This document shows, piece by piece, positions 22,973 to 35,340 of a stretch of 64,000 nt of DNA; position 1 is the stretch's first letter, and each line of letters starts with the position of its first letter. This DNA comes from Callorhinchus milii (taxonomy: Eukaryota), in the NCBI RefSeq assembly GCF_018977255.1, contig NW_024704742.1, positions 58,902,001 through 58,966,000 on the forward strand, written 5' to 3'. Under the pieces are notes generated by a model. It was not told where the DNA came from, ran no database searches, and saw only the letters and a list, made by a program, of their open reading frames with translations. The position numbers and the translations under genes were made by a program.

Positions 22973-24400
22973 TAATATTGCTGCTTCACAAGATACTTAA
23001 ACGTTGATGATTCAGGATTCGGGAAGCTGTCACTGAAATTTGTAGGGTGGTTATTCAAATAGTGGCTGCAAGCTCGCTTCAGGCTAAACTGTGATAAACA
23101 TGACGGGAGAGGGGGTTCCCCTGTGAACAGACACTGACTATTATTTGATAATGTGATAATTTCATTATCACTTGTCGCATTTTCACCGATATACTGCTAA
23201 GTTTTTCTCACAGTTTTTAATAATGTCTGAGGGCAATGATTAGATTATTGTTTCTAATCACTCCCAGCTGCACATTGTTTTTTCTGCAATATAGATGTGC
23301 AGAGGAGAAGGCTTCAAGGCTAGATTCCTGTGAACATTTCATATACATGCCCGCTTTAACACGAGAGTAGAGTGGACAGATTTTGAAACAGGGAATAAGA
23401 TGGAGATCTTTTAAAAATATATATTTTATTTCAGTCTTTAAGCAGTTTTAATATGCTTCACTATAGTACTGTTCCAGATTGTATAAGTTTTCTTCTAACA
23501 CCTATGACAATGTTCAGTATTGTTACAGGCAAAGTAATTTCCATTATAATGTACAGACTGAGATTTCTCCCACCAGAATGGCATGAGCAGGAAGATTTGG
23601 CCAAAAGTGGCCAGCACTGAGACGTGTGGCAAATTCCACTGATTTATTATTAGAATCAGGCTATTCATAGTATTCCCTGAGCAAACTAGAAAAATATAAA
23701 CTTGCCATGTTTACTGCACAAGCCAGGAGTTTGGTGCTATAAATATTTTGCTTTTAAGATATTCAGTGAAGTGGTGACAGTCTGCTTAGTGTATGTTAGC
23801 AGTCTGGGCAGATGGAGAAATGCAGAAATTCATTTCAACCACTCCAAACGTACGTTTGATATATTTTGGTAAAAACGTTTGTTTCCTAAAAGAAAACATA
23901 GAATATTTGAAGGTACAACAAGAGTAACAGCAACACAAGTCAACAATGTAAATATGTTACTGTGATACTGAAGGGTTAACAGACGAAAAAGCGATAGAAA
24001 ACTGATAAAAGATAAAATGCTGATAAAAATAATACTTAACATTTGATATACTGTAGTGCTGCCTTATCACGTCAAAACATCTTCATTACGCTTCACACAA
24101 TGAGTTATTACTTTGAAGTACAGCGATTATTATTATGCAAGCAAACACTGCAGCTAATCTGCATCAGCAATATCACACAATCAGCTCTAGATGAATAACA
24201 GATTTAATTTGTTGTATACTTTTGTGAATTTGGATGAGGGAAAATATTGGCAGCGCGATTGATAGAACTAGGTATGAAGAGTTTGTACACTGTCCTTTCA
24301 CTGCATTGCAGATAACAAGGATCCTGTCCTTACTAACGTCCTCACACACTGACATGCACAGACATACACTCACACATAGTTCCATGAAGGATATTCACGA

Positions 24401-24521
24401 GGAGGAACCCTAGCTGATTTTCTCCTCTCTAAGTATCTCAGTGCATTGCATGCATGGAACCTATGAGCTCTACGTGGCTCAATTGCTCACTGGATAAATT
24501 CACGGAGCTGTCAGCGGAGCT
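24401..24521 (-). mobile_element. LF-SINE-like 5' fragment
   Basis: GGAACCCTAGCTGATTTTCTCCTCTCTA matches the LF-SINE motif GGGGAAAAATCAGCCAGGGTTCC in antisense. Confidence 0.6.
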
Positions 24522-25829
24522 CACCGAACAACTATTTATGTAGACAATACTGCTTTTGAACACTAATTCTGCATATAGGGCGATTAGAAGAAACAGTGAA
24601 TACCTCTCTGCAGCAGGTCAACGTTTTGTTTCTAAGATTATAAATGAGTTCTTTATGGTCCTGTTGAAAAATGCGTGACAGCCCTTTTTAAAAATTCCAT
24701 TAATGCATGTTTTATAAGATTCATTTAGTATACAGCGTCACATTAAGTCTTGGGCAAAGACGGCTACCCTGGATCTACTTTCATAGCAACTGAACAAACA
24801 AAAAAGACACTGTTTAAAACAATCTGTAAATACAATACAATTGGAGTTAATCTCTCCATTGTACACAGTCCAACAATTGCCATTTTCAGCACCAGCAGAC
24901 AACCAATGTAAAAGAAACGGTTCGTTACAGGTGTAACTTTGTTTCCATAACATTCAGCCTATTGAAAAAAGCCAGGGTTGTTTTTAACTGTGGGCCAGAA
25001 TTATCTCACCAATAAGAAAGAGTGTCCTGCCAAGCCTTTCTCTAACAGAGAATGACACACAATGCCATATGAGTTCAGAATTTCATCTATAAGCAGCAGC
25101 AATAGGCACAGTGGGGATCTGAATGCTGCTCTGACTGTGTCATTTTTTAATCCCCTCCTGGTTTTCTCTTGCGACTGACCTCATGCTGTGATGAAGTTAT
25201 CATAGAGGACAGATTTACTTTCACCAATGAATTCATACCCTAGTCTGTATTATCCCCAGCAGATCAAAACTTTGCTTTCATCAAATGGCATTATCTGCAT
25301 AGAGAAAAGCATGCAATTTCTCAAAAATTTCACACAAACCAAACAGTGCTTTCAAGGGCTGGGGAAAAATGTAATTTGCTAGTGCACACAATTCCAACCA
25401 CGCACATTCAGATTGATGAAGAGAAGTCGCTTTTGTTGTGACTCGGGGATTGTTCAAACTTTTTTTCTTCCCCACCTCCTTCATTTTGATCTGAAAGAGC
25501 TTCAAGGGCTAGGAAAAGTCTAATTTTCAATAGTTCTGAAGAGTTTGAGTGACAAAAATCCCCTCACCAGCTCTGCACAAAATTAACAGCAAAAATTCAG
25601 TGCAGATTGGGAGACTTGCCATCGAATATATTAGCCATGCTTCCATGAAACCCAACAAAGTAGCTGTCATTTAAATGACTGCACAGTACAGAACTGCAGC
25701 TAAAAAGTGCCACTCGGCATGCGTCAGCCTCTTCAGATCTGAGGACTGTACACAATAAAGGACTAATTTGATACTTTGCAAGTTCATTATCAACATCATT
25801 TTCTACTTCTTTTAATCCAGATCTTTTAT

Positions 25830-26357
25830 CTGATCCAAAACTCTGCAGCTCATGTACTCTCACGCACCAAGCTCCGCGACTCCATCACTCCCACCCTTGC
25901 CCGACTCCCTGGCTCCCCATCTCCCAGAGGATCGAATTCAAGTTCCTCGTGCTCACTTTCAAGGCCATCCGTGGCATTGTCCCCTCCTACCTCTCTGACC
26001 TGCTGACTCCCTACCAACCTGTCCGCTCCCTCCGTTCAGTTGGCTCCGGCCTGCTCCATGTCTCCTGCCCAACCCGCCTTACCATCGGTGGCCGGGCTTT
26101 CAGCCTCTCTGCCCCCACACCCTAGAACTCCATCCCATATTCCCTTCACCTTGCTTCCCCTCTTGCCTCCTTCAAGGCCGGTCTCAAGACCGTTCTCTTC
26201 GATCGTGCCTTTGGTCTCCCTCCCACCTCTCTGCCTTCCCTCACCCCTATACCAGCTCTTCCCCATGCTCGGGCCCCGACACCTGACTGTTCAGCACTTT
26301 GGGACGTCCTCCCAGTGTGAAAGGCACTCTATAAATGTAATTTTGTTGTTGTTGTTG
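25830..26357 (+). mobile_element. L2 LINE 3' fragment (ORF2 C-terminus relic + tail)
   Basis: IQNSAAHVLSRTKLRDSITPTLARL..., frameshifted, ending in (GTT)n. Confidence 0.92.
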
Positions 26358-26371
26358 ATTGTTTTGAGATG

Positions 26372-27020
26372 TAACAACAATAACAAATTACGTTTATGTT
26401 GCGCGTTTCAGGTCAGCAGGATGTCCCAAGTCACTGGACAGTCCAACGTTTGCATTCAAGCTGGGGTGGGATTCAGGAAAGGTGGGGGCCAAGGGGGTGG
26501 GGATGAATGGGGTTGGGAAGATGATCAAAGGTGTGGTCAAAGAGGAAGGTCTTGAGATGGAACTTGAAGGAGGTGAGGGAAGGGGAGAGGTGAAGGGAGT
26601 CCAGGATAGAGTTCCAGACAGTGATGGCAGATAGGCTAAAGGCTTGACTGCCGATGGTGGGGCAGACAGGGCAGGGGAGGTGAAGCAGGTCAGTGGCTGC
26701 TAAGCAGAGGGAATGGGCGGGTTATAATAATAATAATAATAATAATCCTTGCATTTGATATAGCGCTTTTCACGTCGGAAAGAAAGTCACAGAGGTAGGA
26801 TGGGGCAAGACTGTGGAATGATTTAAAAGTGAACATGAGAATCTTGAACTCAATCCTCTGGGGGATGGGGAGCCAATGGAGCCGGGCGAGGATGGGCTGA
26901 GAGGCTCACAGAGTCTCGTGCAGGAGAGAACATGAGCTGCAGAATTCTGGGTGGTTTGCAGCTTGTGGAGGGAAGAGTTGGGTAGTCTGGTGAGCAGGGA
27001 GTTGGTGTAGTATTGCAATA
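26372..27020 (-). mobile_element. L2 LINE 3' fragment, tail-to-tail with the previous copy; SINE tail inserted at ~26724-26780
   Basis: LQYYTNSLLTRLPNSSLHKLQTTQNSAAHVLS on the minus strand; (AAC)n tail at 26373. Confidence 0.9.
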
Positions 27021-27128
27021 TGAAAAAGGCATTTGTCATTAGGCAAGCATTTACTTTCTTCCTTTTGTGCCTGTGACCAACAACTTGCATTTATATGGAG
27101 CTCTTCACACAGGATAACATTTCAGGCT

Positions 27129-28313
27129 AATTCTGGATGCTCTCAGATGCTACGTTCGAGTAAATCTAGAACCAGGTGGAACTTCTACCCAATGTTCTTC
27201 ACTCACATTGAAGTGAGATCAGGAGCCTAGTGTAGAGGATTTGTTAGCACAACCATTGCCTGGGTAGTGTATTGGATAACACAGCAAACATCTCTCTTGC
27301 CTTATTTTTAATTAGTTAAATTATTTGTTCATTCTCATTGCTTACAATTTCCAAAGCTCTCACGACTGATTTTACTCGTAATGCACAAGGACCAATGAAT
27401 TAATTTCAACTGCAGTAATAGTCTGCACAGATATCAATCTGGTGAATATATTATTTCAGAATTCTAGCATCTGCAGTATTTTGCGTTTTATTGGTGAATA
27501 TATTTGTTCTCTCTGAAGGACCTGAATTAAAGTTGAATAATCCACTCCATTTCTGTCATAAAGTATTTTACAATGCCTTCCACTCTCCTTTCTTCAGGTC
27601 TGCCTGTGTTTAAAACAACCAAGATCATGTTGCTGTTCTGTAAAAGACCACTAGGAGGGGGTAAGAATTGACCCCTGTTTGATTTTCAATGAATGAGAGA
27701 AGATTGTGTGGGGTAAAATTCCACCTGGGTCTAGATTTACTCCATCATTGTAACATTTCAGAGTGTGCAGAGCTTGATAATAATAATCTTTGCATTTGAT
27801 CTGGTGCCTATCATGTCAGAAAGCCTTCACAGAATTTACTGTAATCTGTATGTGACAGCTCATTCGAATACAGCAATAGTTCAGAAACAGCCTATGAAGT
27901 CAATGATGAATTTTATCTGGGAGATTGTTGGCCAGGACCCAGGGAGAATCCCCCTTCTCTTATTGAATAGTGCCATGGGATCTTGTATGTCCACCTGAAA
28001 AGGTAGGCAGCAACTTGGCAAATTGTTGGAATTCAGTTTCAACTCTGAAGCCCTTGTCCCCATATTTATTGAAAGGAAACTCACAGGAAACTAATTTAAA
28101 AATTGAAGACAGTGTTTAAGAATTTAACAACTCGGAGCACTTGCCAAATTCTGAATGCTCTCAGATGCTACGTTAATAGAATAGATCTAGACCCAGGTGC
28201 AGTTTCTACCCAATGGTCTTTAGTCCATGTCTCTTTCCTGTCAACCAGGTGAGATCAGATCATCCTCAATGAGGATTTGTTGGCACAACCAATGTCTGGA
28301 TCGGTGTACTGGA
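27129..28313. repeat. three copies (+,-,+) of a ~100-150-bp unclassified repeat
   Basis: Core ATCTAGA(A/C)CCAGGTG at 27129-27276 (+), 27680-27775 (-) and 28147-28313 (+). Confidence 0.8.
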
Positions 28314-28746
28314 GTTCCAACATAATGAGCCACTTGCTTTGAGCGTCTTTATTTATTTACTTATTTTGCTATCAAGGCATTAACCAGGTCTAAATTGCAC
28401 AATTTCTTATTAGGATTGCCTAAATAAGGATTCTGAGTCATGCAAATGGAAACTCTTTCATTAATCAAAAGTATGTTATACCAGCCCATGGGAACTCCAA
28501 CCTGATACAACTACTTCTGGCGCAGATGGTCAGAAATTTTACCAGGATTCTTCATTAAGGAATCTATGAAGAAATATCACAAATTAAACTTCCTGAGAGT
28601 CAATTTCAAAAGCAGTCAATTTTTACTGCATGGATTTTAAGTAGTTTCATTTTTACACAGGTCCTGTACTTTAGATTGTTTCTGCACCTACAAAATATAG
28701 TAAATCCTGTGAAGCACTTTGAGACGTACTCCCGATAAGAAAGGTG

Positions 28747-28980
28747 ATAATAATAATAATAATCCTTGTATTTGATATAGTGCCTTATCACGTCATTGAG
28801 AGGTCTCAAAGCGCTTCACAGAATATACTGTAAAGTGAATTGACTGTGCATTTTGTGGGCAAAATGTGGCAGCCAATTGCGCACAGCAGTGTCTCACAAA
28901 CAGTCGTGAATTGAGTGACCAAATTATTATTATTTTATGCATTATATTTTCTTTGAAGGGGATTACTACCCCTGGAAAGG
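28747..28980 (-). mobile_element. SINE family A 3' part, tail-to-tail with a plus-strand SINE tail
   Basis: (AAT)n directly abuts CTGTGAAGCACTTTGAGACGTACTCCCG... Confidence 0.85.
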
Positions 28981-29969
28981 TAAGAAACACATTGAAGGTA
29001 ACGAGAGCCAAGAGAGTGTCAGCACAAGCAGAGGCCATTCAGCCCATCATGCCTGGGTCACGGCTGACACGTTCTTTCTGTTTGCTCAGTACAGTCAACT
29101 TGTTTCTCCGAGAGGAAAGGGGCTCAGTATATCACATTCAAGGATTATTATTATTATTCCTGGCTGTAGGTTTATCTGTGGCATATTTATTCCACAGGAA
29201 GCTGAAATGATCAACAAAATTCTAATAAAGTGAGTCTAAGCCATCACTTTACAACTTACACTTTGCGCTGCAGTAGCATTTGTTTGTGTCACTTCATCTT
29301 TAAAGAGGAGATAATTCCAATGGTTTTGATTACTTTCATCCCTGGTGTATCGTCTTTTACTGGCACAGTTCAGACAGCATTATTCAACTTTCGATCCTAA
29401 CGCTTGGTGGCTTTGCTATTGCTGTCCACTCAGCAAATGTAATCTCCTGTCCCCTGTCAGCAGAAACAATGAGGGTGAAAAATTCAACACTGATGAGAAA
29501 TGATCCATTGTCGGACTTTCTGTTCCTGGTGGCGTCCCGATCTGTTACTGAACCTTGTGAAAATGGTTTGACCTGAAGCTGCTCATGGCAATCTTTGAGC
29601 CTGGGTTACCTTTAAATTTGCTGCCCAGTAGATCTCAGCATTACAGAGCTAGTTCCTGGAACACTGACTAACTCAATGGGCTGGGACTTTGGCGGATGAG
29701 GAAGTCTAAAGATGTGATAATTATCACATAGATAATTCTGGCATCGAGCATCACATTTTTTAACTCATTGATCCTTGCCACTTGCTCGTCAGAACAGTGG
29801 ATTCTGTTTACAGTTGTGCAGAAGACCATCGCACTGGTAAAGCAGGAATTATTACATTTAATATTATGAAATGATTCAATAAGGTGGATGTTAATAGGCT
29901 GTTTGCACTTGTGGTGAGTCCAAAACGAGACGGAGTTATCTATACAATAGCTAGCAGCTGATCTAAATA

Positions 29970-30230
29970 CGACTTTAGGGAGGAGCATTTTATGCAGGGG
30001 GTGGTGAGAATGTGGAAGTGACGGCCAGCAAATGTGGTTGAAGCAAAAAGCATCAAGCCGATTAATCATAATAAGAATAATTATGAGGAAACTTAGTACA
30101 TTCATAAGGGAGAAGGGAATAAAGGCATAATGGATTAGGAGTGGAGCTCATGTGAAGTTAAAAACACAAGGTCAGACTAGTTGAACCGAATATCCTTTTT
30201 CCATGCTATAACATTCTATGCAATTCTATG
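29970..30230 (+). mobile_element. CR1 LINE 3' end
   Basis: TTTATGCAGGGGGTGGTGAGAATGTGGAA..GTGGTTGAAGCA and an ATTCTATG-repeat tail. Confidence 0.75.
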
Positions 30231-30619
30231 TATGTAATCCTTTTGTATATAATATTTGCTTGCAATATTACTCAAGGTATCCTGAGCACTAATGTTTTAG
30301 AAAGACTGAATTTAACTCGTGACAGCTTGTATGGCCATGTTAGTAAAATTGGTTGCCTCTTTTGCCTAAACTGACAGTCACTACACTTGACAGAAATTGC
30401 TAATAAAGAGCTTTGAGACATTTCACATGATATAACGCTAAATAAATGCTTTGTTTTGTTCAGAAAACTTATGCGCAGTCTTCAGCTTCATCCCATAGTA
30501 TCAATAAGATTGTATCTGGACATTGGCCAATAAAAAANTTGTTGCTAAGCCCCTAACAATATGGTGGGTAATCCCATTTCAGGCCCCCTTCTCACCCTCC
30601 TCACCATCCCCCCAATAAC

Positions 30620-31430
30620 CCCTAGAGTGGCAGCAGATTCATATAGACTAGAGAGGTAAAGATTCAATTCCTGATCCTTATTGAGGTATCTTATCACTGC
30701 TGGGGCAATAGCAGAGGAGCTACAATGCATGATAAGAATAATCCTTACATTTGATCCTGTGCCTTTCACGTCAAGAGGATGTATCAAAGCACTTCACAGA
30801 ATTTACTGTAAAGTGTAGACTGTTTATTTTTGTAGGCACCATCGCCTCTGAATGAATGAGGGAGTGATCATCAGGTTTCCCATTCATGATCAATACTCAA
30901 GAGACTCCTATTCGAAGGTGCACAACTGAAGACATAGGGTTGAGTTAAGTTCTGTTGCCTCCCACTTCAAACAATAATAATAGTAATCCTTGCATTTGAT
31001 ATAGTGCCTTATCACATTTTATTATAAAGTGAATTGACTATATTTTTGGGCGAAACGCGGCAGCTAATTGCGCACAGAAGTGTGGATTGCATGACTAATC
31101 TATTTTTTTTAAAAAAATAAGTATTTCCCCCGGTAAAGCTATCTGCCAATCGATTATCAACGGGGTTCCTACTTACTGCTAGGTAAACAGAATCGTGTGG
31201 AGTAAGGAAACTTGCCCAACGTTTTGTTCTGCAGGGAATTGAACCCAGGTCTCTCACTTGTGAGGCGAGTGCTCTAAACAGTGAGCTACAAGACTCAGAA
31301 TTACCTGCTAACACTCACTGTCAAGGTTCACACAAATAATTTTCACTCAATATCATAGGGCACTCAGCATCAGTGATACCTTACCCTACTATCAAGAAAC
31401 ATTTGTCAAATGCCTCAGGAGAGAGCAGAG
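30620..31430 (+). mobile_element. LF-SINE-like copy split by two younger SINE insertions (30731-30840 and 30973-31297, both -)
   Basis: GGAGCTACAAT, then GAGGGAGTGATCATCAGGTTTCCC, then CCTGCTAACACTCACTGTCAAGGTTCACACA, in LF-SINE order. Confidence 0.65.
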
Positions 31431-33194
31431 GGAGCACAGAAAGCCAGCAAGAGAAAAGTAGTTTCAGTGCAAATGTAGAGTGACTCGATAAAATGTTGTC
31501 CTGTGTGTACTTTTCCTGAAGTCATACGATTTTAGTGCAGTATTTTGCTTCCAGGTGTAATAATAATAATAATAATAATAATCCTTGCATCTGATATAAC
31601 GTCTTCGAGACATCTGTAAGCGCTTCACAGAATATACTGTAAAGCATAATCTTTAAAAAGTTAAACTTTTTTGAAAGAAAATCAGTCCCTCAAACTTTAA
31701 AAACAATTATTACAAAAATTTGCAAGTAATTTTGAAGCTGTAATCTCTTCAGATTACATTTATAAATGGTTCTTGCAGTTTGTGACATCCTTTGAACTAT
31801 TGGATGAGATTACTGCTGTGTAATCTCTCCAGGGGTCCAATTGCTTTATACATAATTGCTGTGAAATATGTAAAAGGGCTTATGTCCTTTTGGGAACAGT
31901 CCTTTATAATTTTTTNCCTATTCTTTGGAATTAATTCCTTTTGTGTCCCTGTACGTTTTTATTTGCATAGTGAAGGTGTAATACAATTAATTTATTTTTG
32001 GTCGGATGGGTGTCTGACGCATGCAGAAATCCATCATCATGCTTTAGAATCTGAAAACCAAACAACTGAGAATTCCACACACTGTATATTATGTTCCCAT
32101 AAAGTGCAATGAGGAATGATTACGTAGATTATATTTTGGATGATCTGTTTCTCTCTCCACCCTCCCCACCTCCTCCTCCGAAAGCATCTGCGACAGATGA
32201 ATTTATAAAATGAAACCAATTATTTTGCGCTGATACTAAACTGACTCTGTGACACATCGTGGGCAGTAAATGACGTGGAGATTGGCATGTCTGTTACACC
32301 TCTTCTTTTACTGATGCCGGCTGTCCTGGCCATGAGTCAGGAAGATGTGAAACAACATGCAAGAAAGTAGTAACCAAAAAAAGAAGTAAAATAGTAAGAT
32401 AAATTGATTGCATAAAAATGACTTGCATTTATATAGCAGAGTTCAGCATCTTTAGAAAGCTTTTCATGCAATGAGTGTGCATGCAACTGCGGGTCAAGAC
32501 TCACTGAACCGTAGGAATCGTAGTCTTGACCCGTCATCACTTACGGACTTACCAGCTGCAGGGACAAAGTACCACAAGCACACTTAGTGGCTAGATTGAA
32601 ACACACAGGCGCAGTGTAGATTATTGATTACATTGGATTTTATACGATTTATACAGTTTGCTTTTCTTTATGTACATCATATTAAATGTTATGGTCCTGA
32701 CTAATATGACTTATGTGAGTTTTACTCTATAATATTCAAAGACCTAATATGGGATTTGAACTCGCAACCTTCTGACTCAGAGGCAAGAGTGCTGCTAACT
32801 GAGCCAGGTTGAGATTTGGTCAGGCATTCAGCGCATTGCTGATTATATCATTGCATTCTCTCTGGATGCATTCTTCGGTTCATAAACAACAAACTTTACA
32901 CGGCCTCTTTAGCGAAAAGAAGTGGTTTTTATTTTTTTGCTGAGTAAGCAGCTTTCATAGGGGTCTTCCACTGCATTCATGGGGCAGTGACAGTCTGAAC
33001 ACTGGCAATGCAGCTATTCATTTTTTGCATTGAGAACTAAGAGGGCACAGTATTATACACCATCAAAGGTGAAAAGAGTAAGAAAGAACATAAGATGATG
33101 AATATGGAATGGTTAGATGATGCAAACTCTTAAAAGCTAGTGAGTTATAGGACAGAAGCAAGTGTGACAAGAATAATAACGATCATAATAATAA

Positions 33195-33680
33195 TATTAA
33201 TAAGAATAAGAACTCTTGCATTTGATATAGCACCTTATCATGTTTTAAAAATCTCTAAAAGTGGTTTGCAGGATTTTACTCTAAAGTGCAGTAACTGTGT
33301 ATTTATATGTAGCAACTAATCTCTCCACAGTAATATCCCACGAACAGCCAAGACCATTTTTTTTGAGGATTGTTGGACAGGACATTGGGAGAAACCCTCT
33401 TCTCTTTACAAATAGTGCCATGGGATCTTTAACATCCATCTGAATAGGCACAAGGGGCTCTGGTTTACAACAATTGCGGTGTGCAATTGGCTACCGCCAT
33501 CCGTCTTGCCCCCTCTCTCCCCTTTTCAAGTCCCACCATAAAACTTTTCTCTTTGACCGTGCGTATGGTCACTTCCGCCCACCCCCCCATGGCTCGGAGT
33601 CAGGTTCCGCCACTGTTAAGTGCTCTGAGATGCTAACATGGGTGGAGAGCGCTATATAAGTGCAAGTTGTTGTTATTGTT
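33195..33680. mobile_element. SINE family B 3' half (-, to ~33470) and L2 3' end (+, 33500-33680)
   Basis: AAATAGTGCCATGGGATCTTTAACATCCA block; L2 tail ending GCAAGTTGTTGTT. Confidence 0.8.
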
Positions 33681-34198
33681 GCCACGTTTTGCCGAATATT
33701 GGCATGGTTGGAGGTGTAATGGATGTTTGAGTGCTTGTGAATTGAATACCATGACCTTGTGTAACCCAACACACATGAAAAAGTATACATCTTTGCACTA
33801 CATAAACTCGAGGAGCTGTATTATACAGAAATATAGAGAACAGAAGGATTAATACAATAAATAATATAACTAATCATACTATTACAAGAGGTACTGCTCC
33901 AAGATTCTGATCAATCCTCTCCTGGTCAGCACCTTTTTTTCTCCTTGGGGTTTCTGGTTCTTTTTACTGTACATGATAGTTTCTGATCAAATCAACTATT
34001 GCAACTTTTTTTCAGTGTGCTTGTACTTGTGTGCACACTGGAAACATTTCGATCTGAGGTTATAAATAATACATATACAACTTACTGTTTTCATCTCTAT
34101 CTTGCTGCTATTTTCTTGCTTTTCCTCTCGCTATTTTGCTTTGGTGGCTTTCCATTTCATTGCTGGTTGCTTTGCCCTGGTTTATTTCCATTCATTTC

Positions 34199-34230
<32 letters not shown>

Positions 34231-34238
34231 AACACATT

Positions 34239-34559
34239 AATAATAATAATAATAATCCTTTCATTTGATATAGCGCTTTTCACGTCAGGAGGACGTCCCA
34301 AAGCGCTTCACAGAACACACGGTAAAGTGAATTGACTGTATATTTGTGGGCGAACGCGGCAGCCAATTGCGCACAGCAATGTTCCACAAACAGTCGTAGA
34401 TTGAAAATGATCAATTTATTATTGTTTTTGGTTTTGGAGGGATTATTATTAGGCGTGTGGAGTAAGGAAACTTTCCCAAGGTTTCGCCCTGCCTGGAATT
34501 GAACTCAGGTCTCTCGCTTGCAAAGCGAGTGCTCTAACCATTGAGTTACAGGACTCCAC
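34239..34559 (-). mobile_element. SINE family A, short young form
   Basis: Full length; possible decayed target duplication CA(A/G)ACACA. Confidence 0.95.
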
Positions 34560-34632
34560 ACAGACACAAAAACTCTTTACACACCAGAAGTCATGGTCAA
34601 GCAGCACAATGCTCTGGACAGTACAGAGTATT

Positions 34633-34896
34633 GTGGAGTCCCGTAGTGTAGTGGTTAGCAGGCTCGCCTTGCAAACAAGAGGACCCCAGTTTGACTCCCG
34701 GTGGGACGAAACCTTAGGCAAGTTTCGTTACTCCACAAGCCTCTGTTTACCAAACAGTAAGTGGGAACCCAGTTGTTAGTCGATTGGCAGATCGCTCTCC
34801 GTGGTTAATAATTCCTCAAAAAAAAACTTTGGTCACTCAATCCACAACTGTTAGTGGGACAATGCTGTGTGCAACTGGCTACAGCATTTCGCCCAT
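34633..34896 (+). mobile_element. SINE family A, long form, 3'-truncated, head-to-head with the previous copy
   Basis: GTGGAGTCCCGTAGTGTAGTGG head; full CORE-like segment. Confidence 0.88.
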
Positions 34897-34939
34897 ATTA
34901 TATGATATTGGATGGGCGGTATTGCTTTAATTGGCTTTA

Positions 34940-35340
34940 CAACAAGAACAACTTGTATTTATATAGTGCCCTTCACTTGGGGTAGTGTCCCAGAATGCTT
35001 CACAGATGGCGGAGTCTGACAATGAGCGAAAGGGAGAGGGAGGTGACCGGAAATATGATCAAAAAGGAAGGTAGTTGAGGAGCTGAAGGTAGGGATGGAG
35101 GGGGCAAGGCGCAGGGATTGAGGGGGAGAGTTCCAGAGTTTTGGGGCATAGTAGGTGGGGTGGAAAGCATGAGAGACAATCAGGAGGCTGGAGCCAGCCT
35201 GGGGGAGGCAGCGGGTGGGGGAGTGGGGTGTAAGCAGATGATAGATAGGGAGGTTTGAGGAGATTAAGTGATTTGAAAACGAGTGGGAGGATTTTGAAGT
35301 CGATCTGTTTGGTGATTGGGAGTCAGTGGAGCCTGGCAAG
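34940..35340 (-). mobile_element. L2 LINE 3' fragment
   Basis: YYAPKLWNSPPQSLRLAPSIPTFS..TFLFD on the minus strand. Confidence 0.85.
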
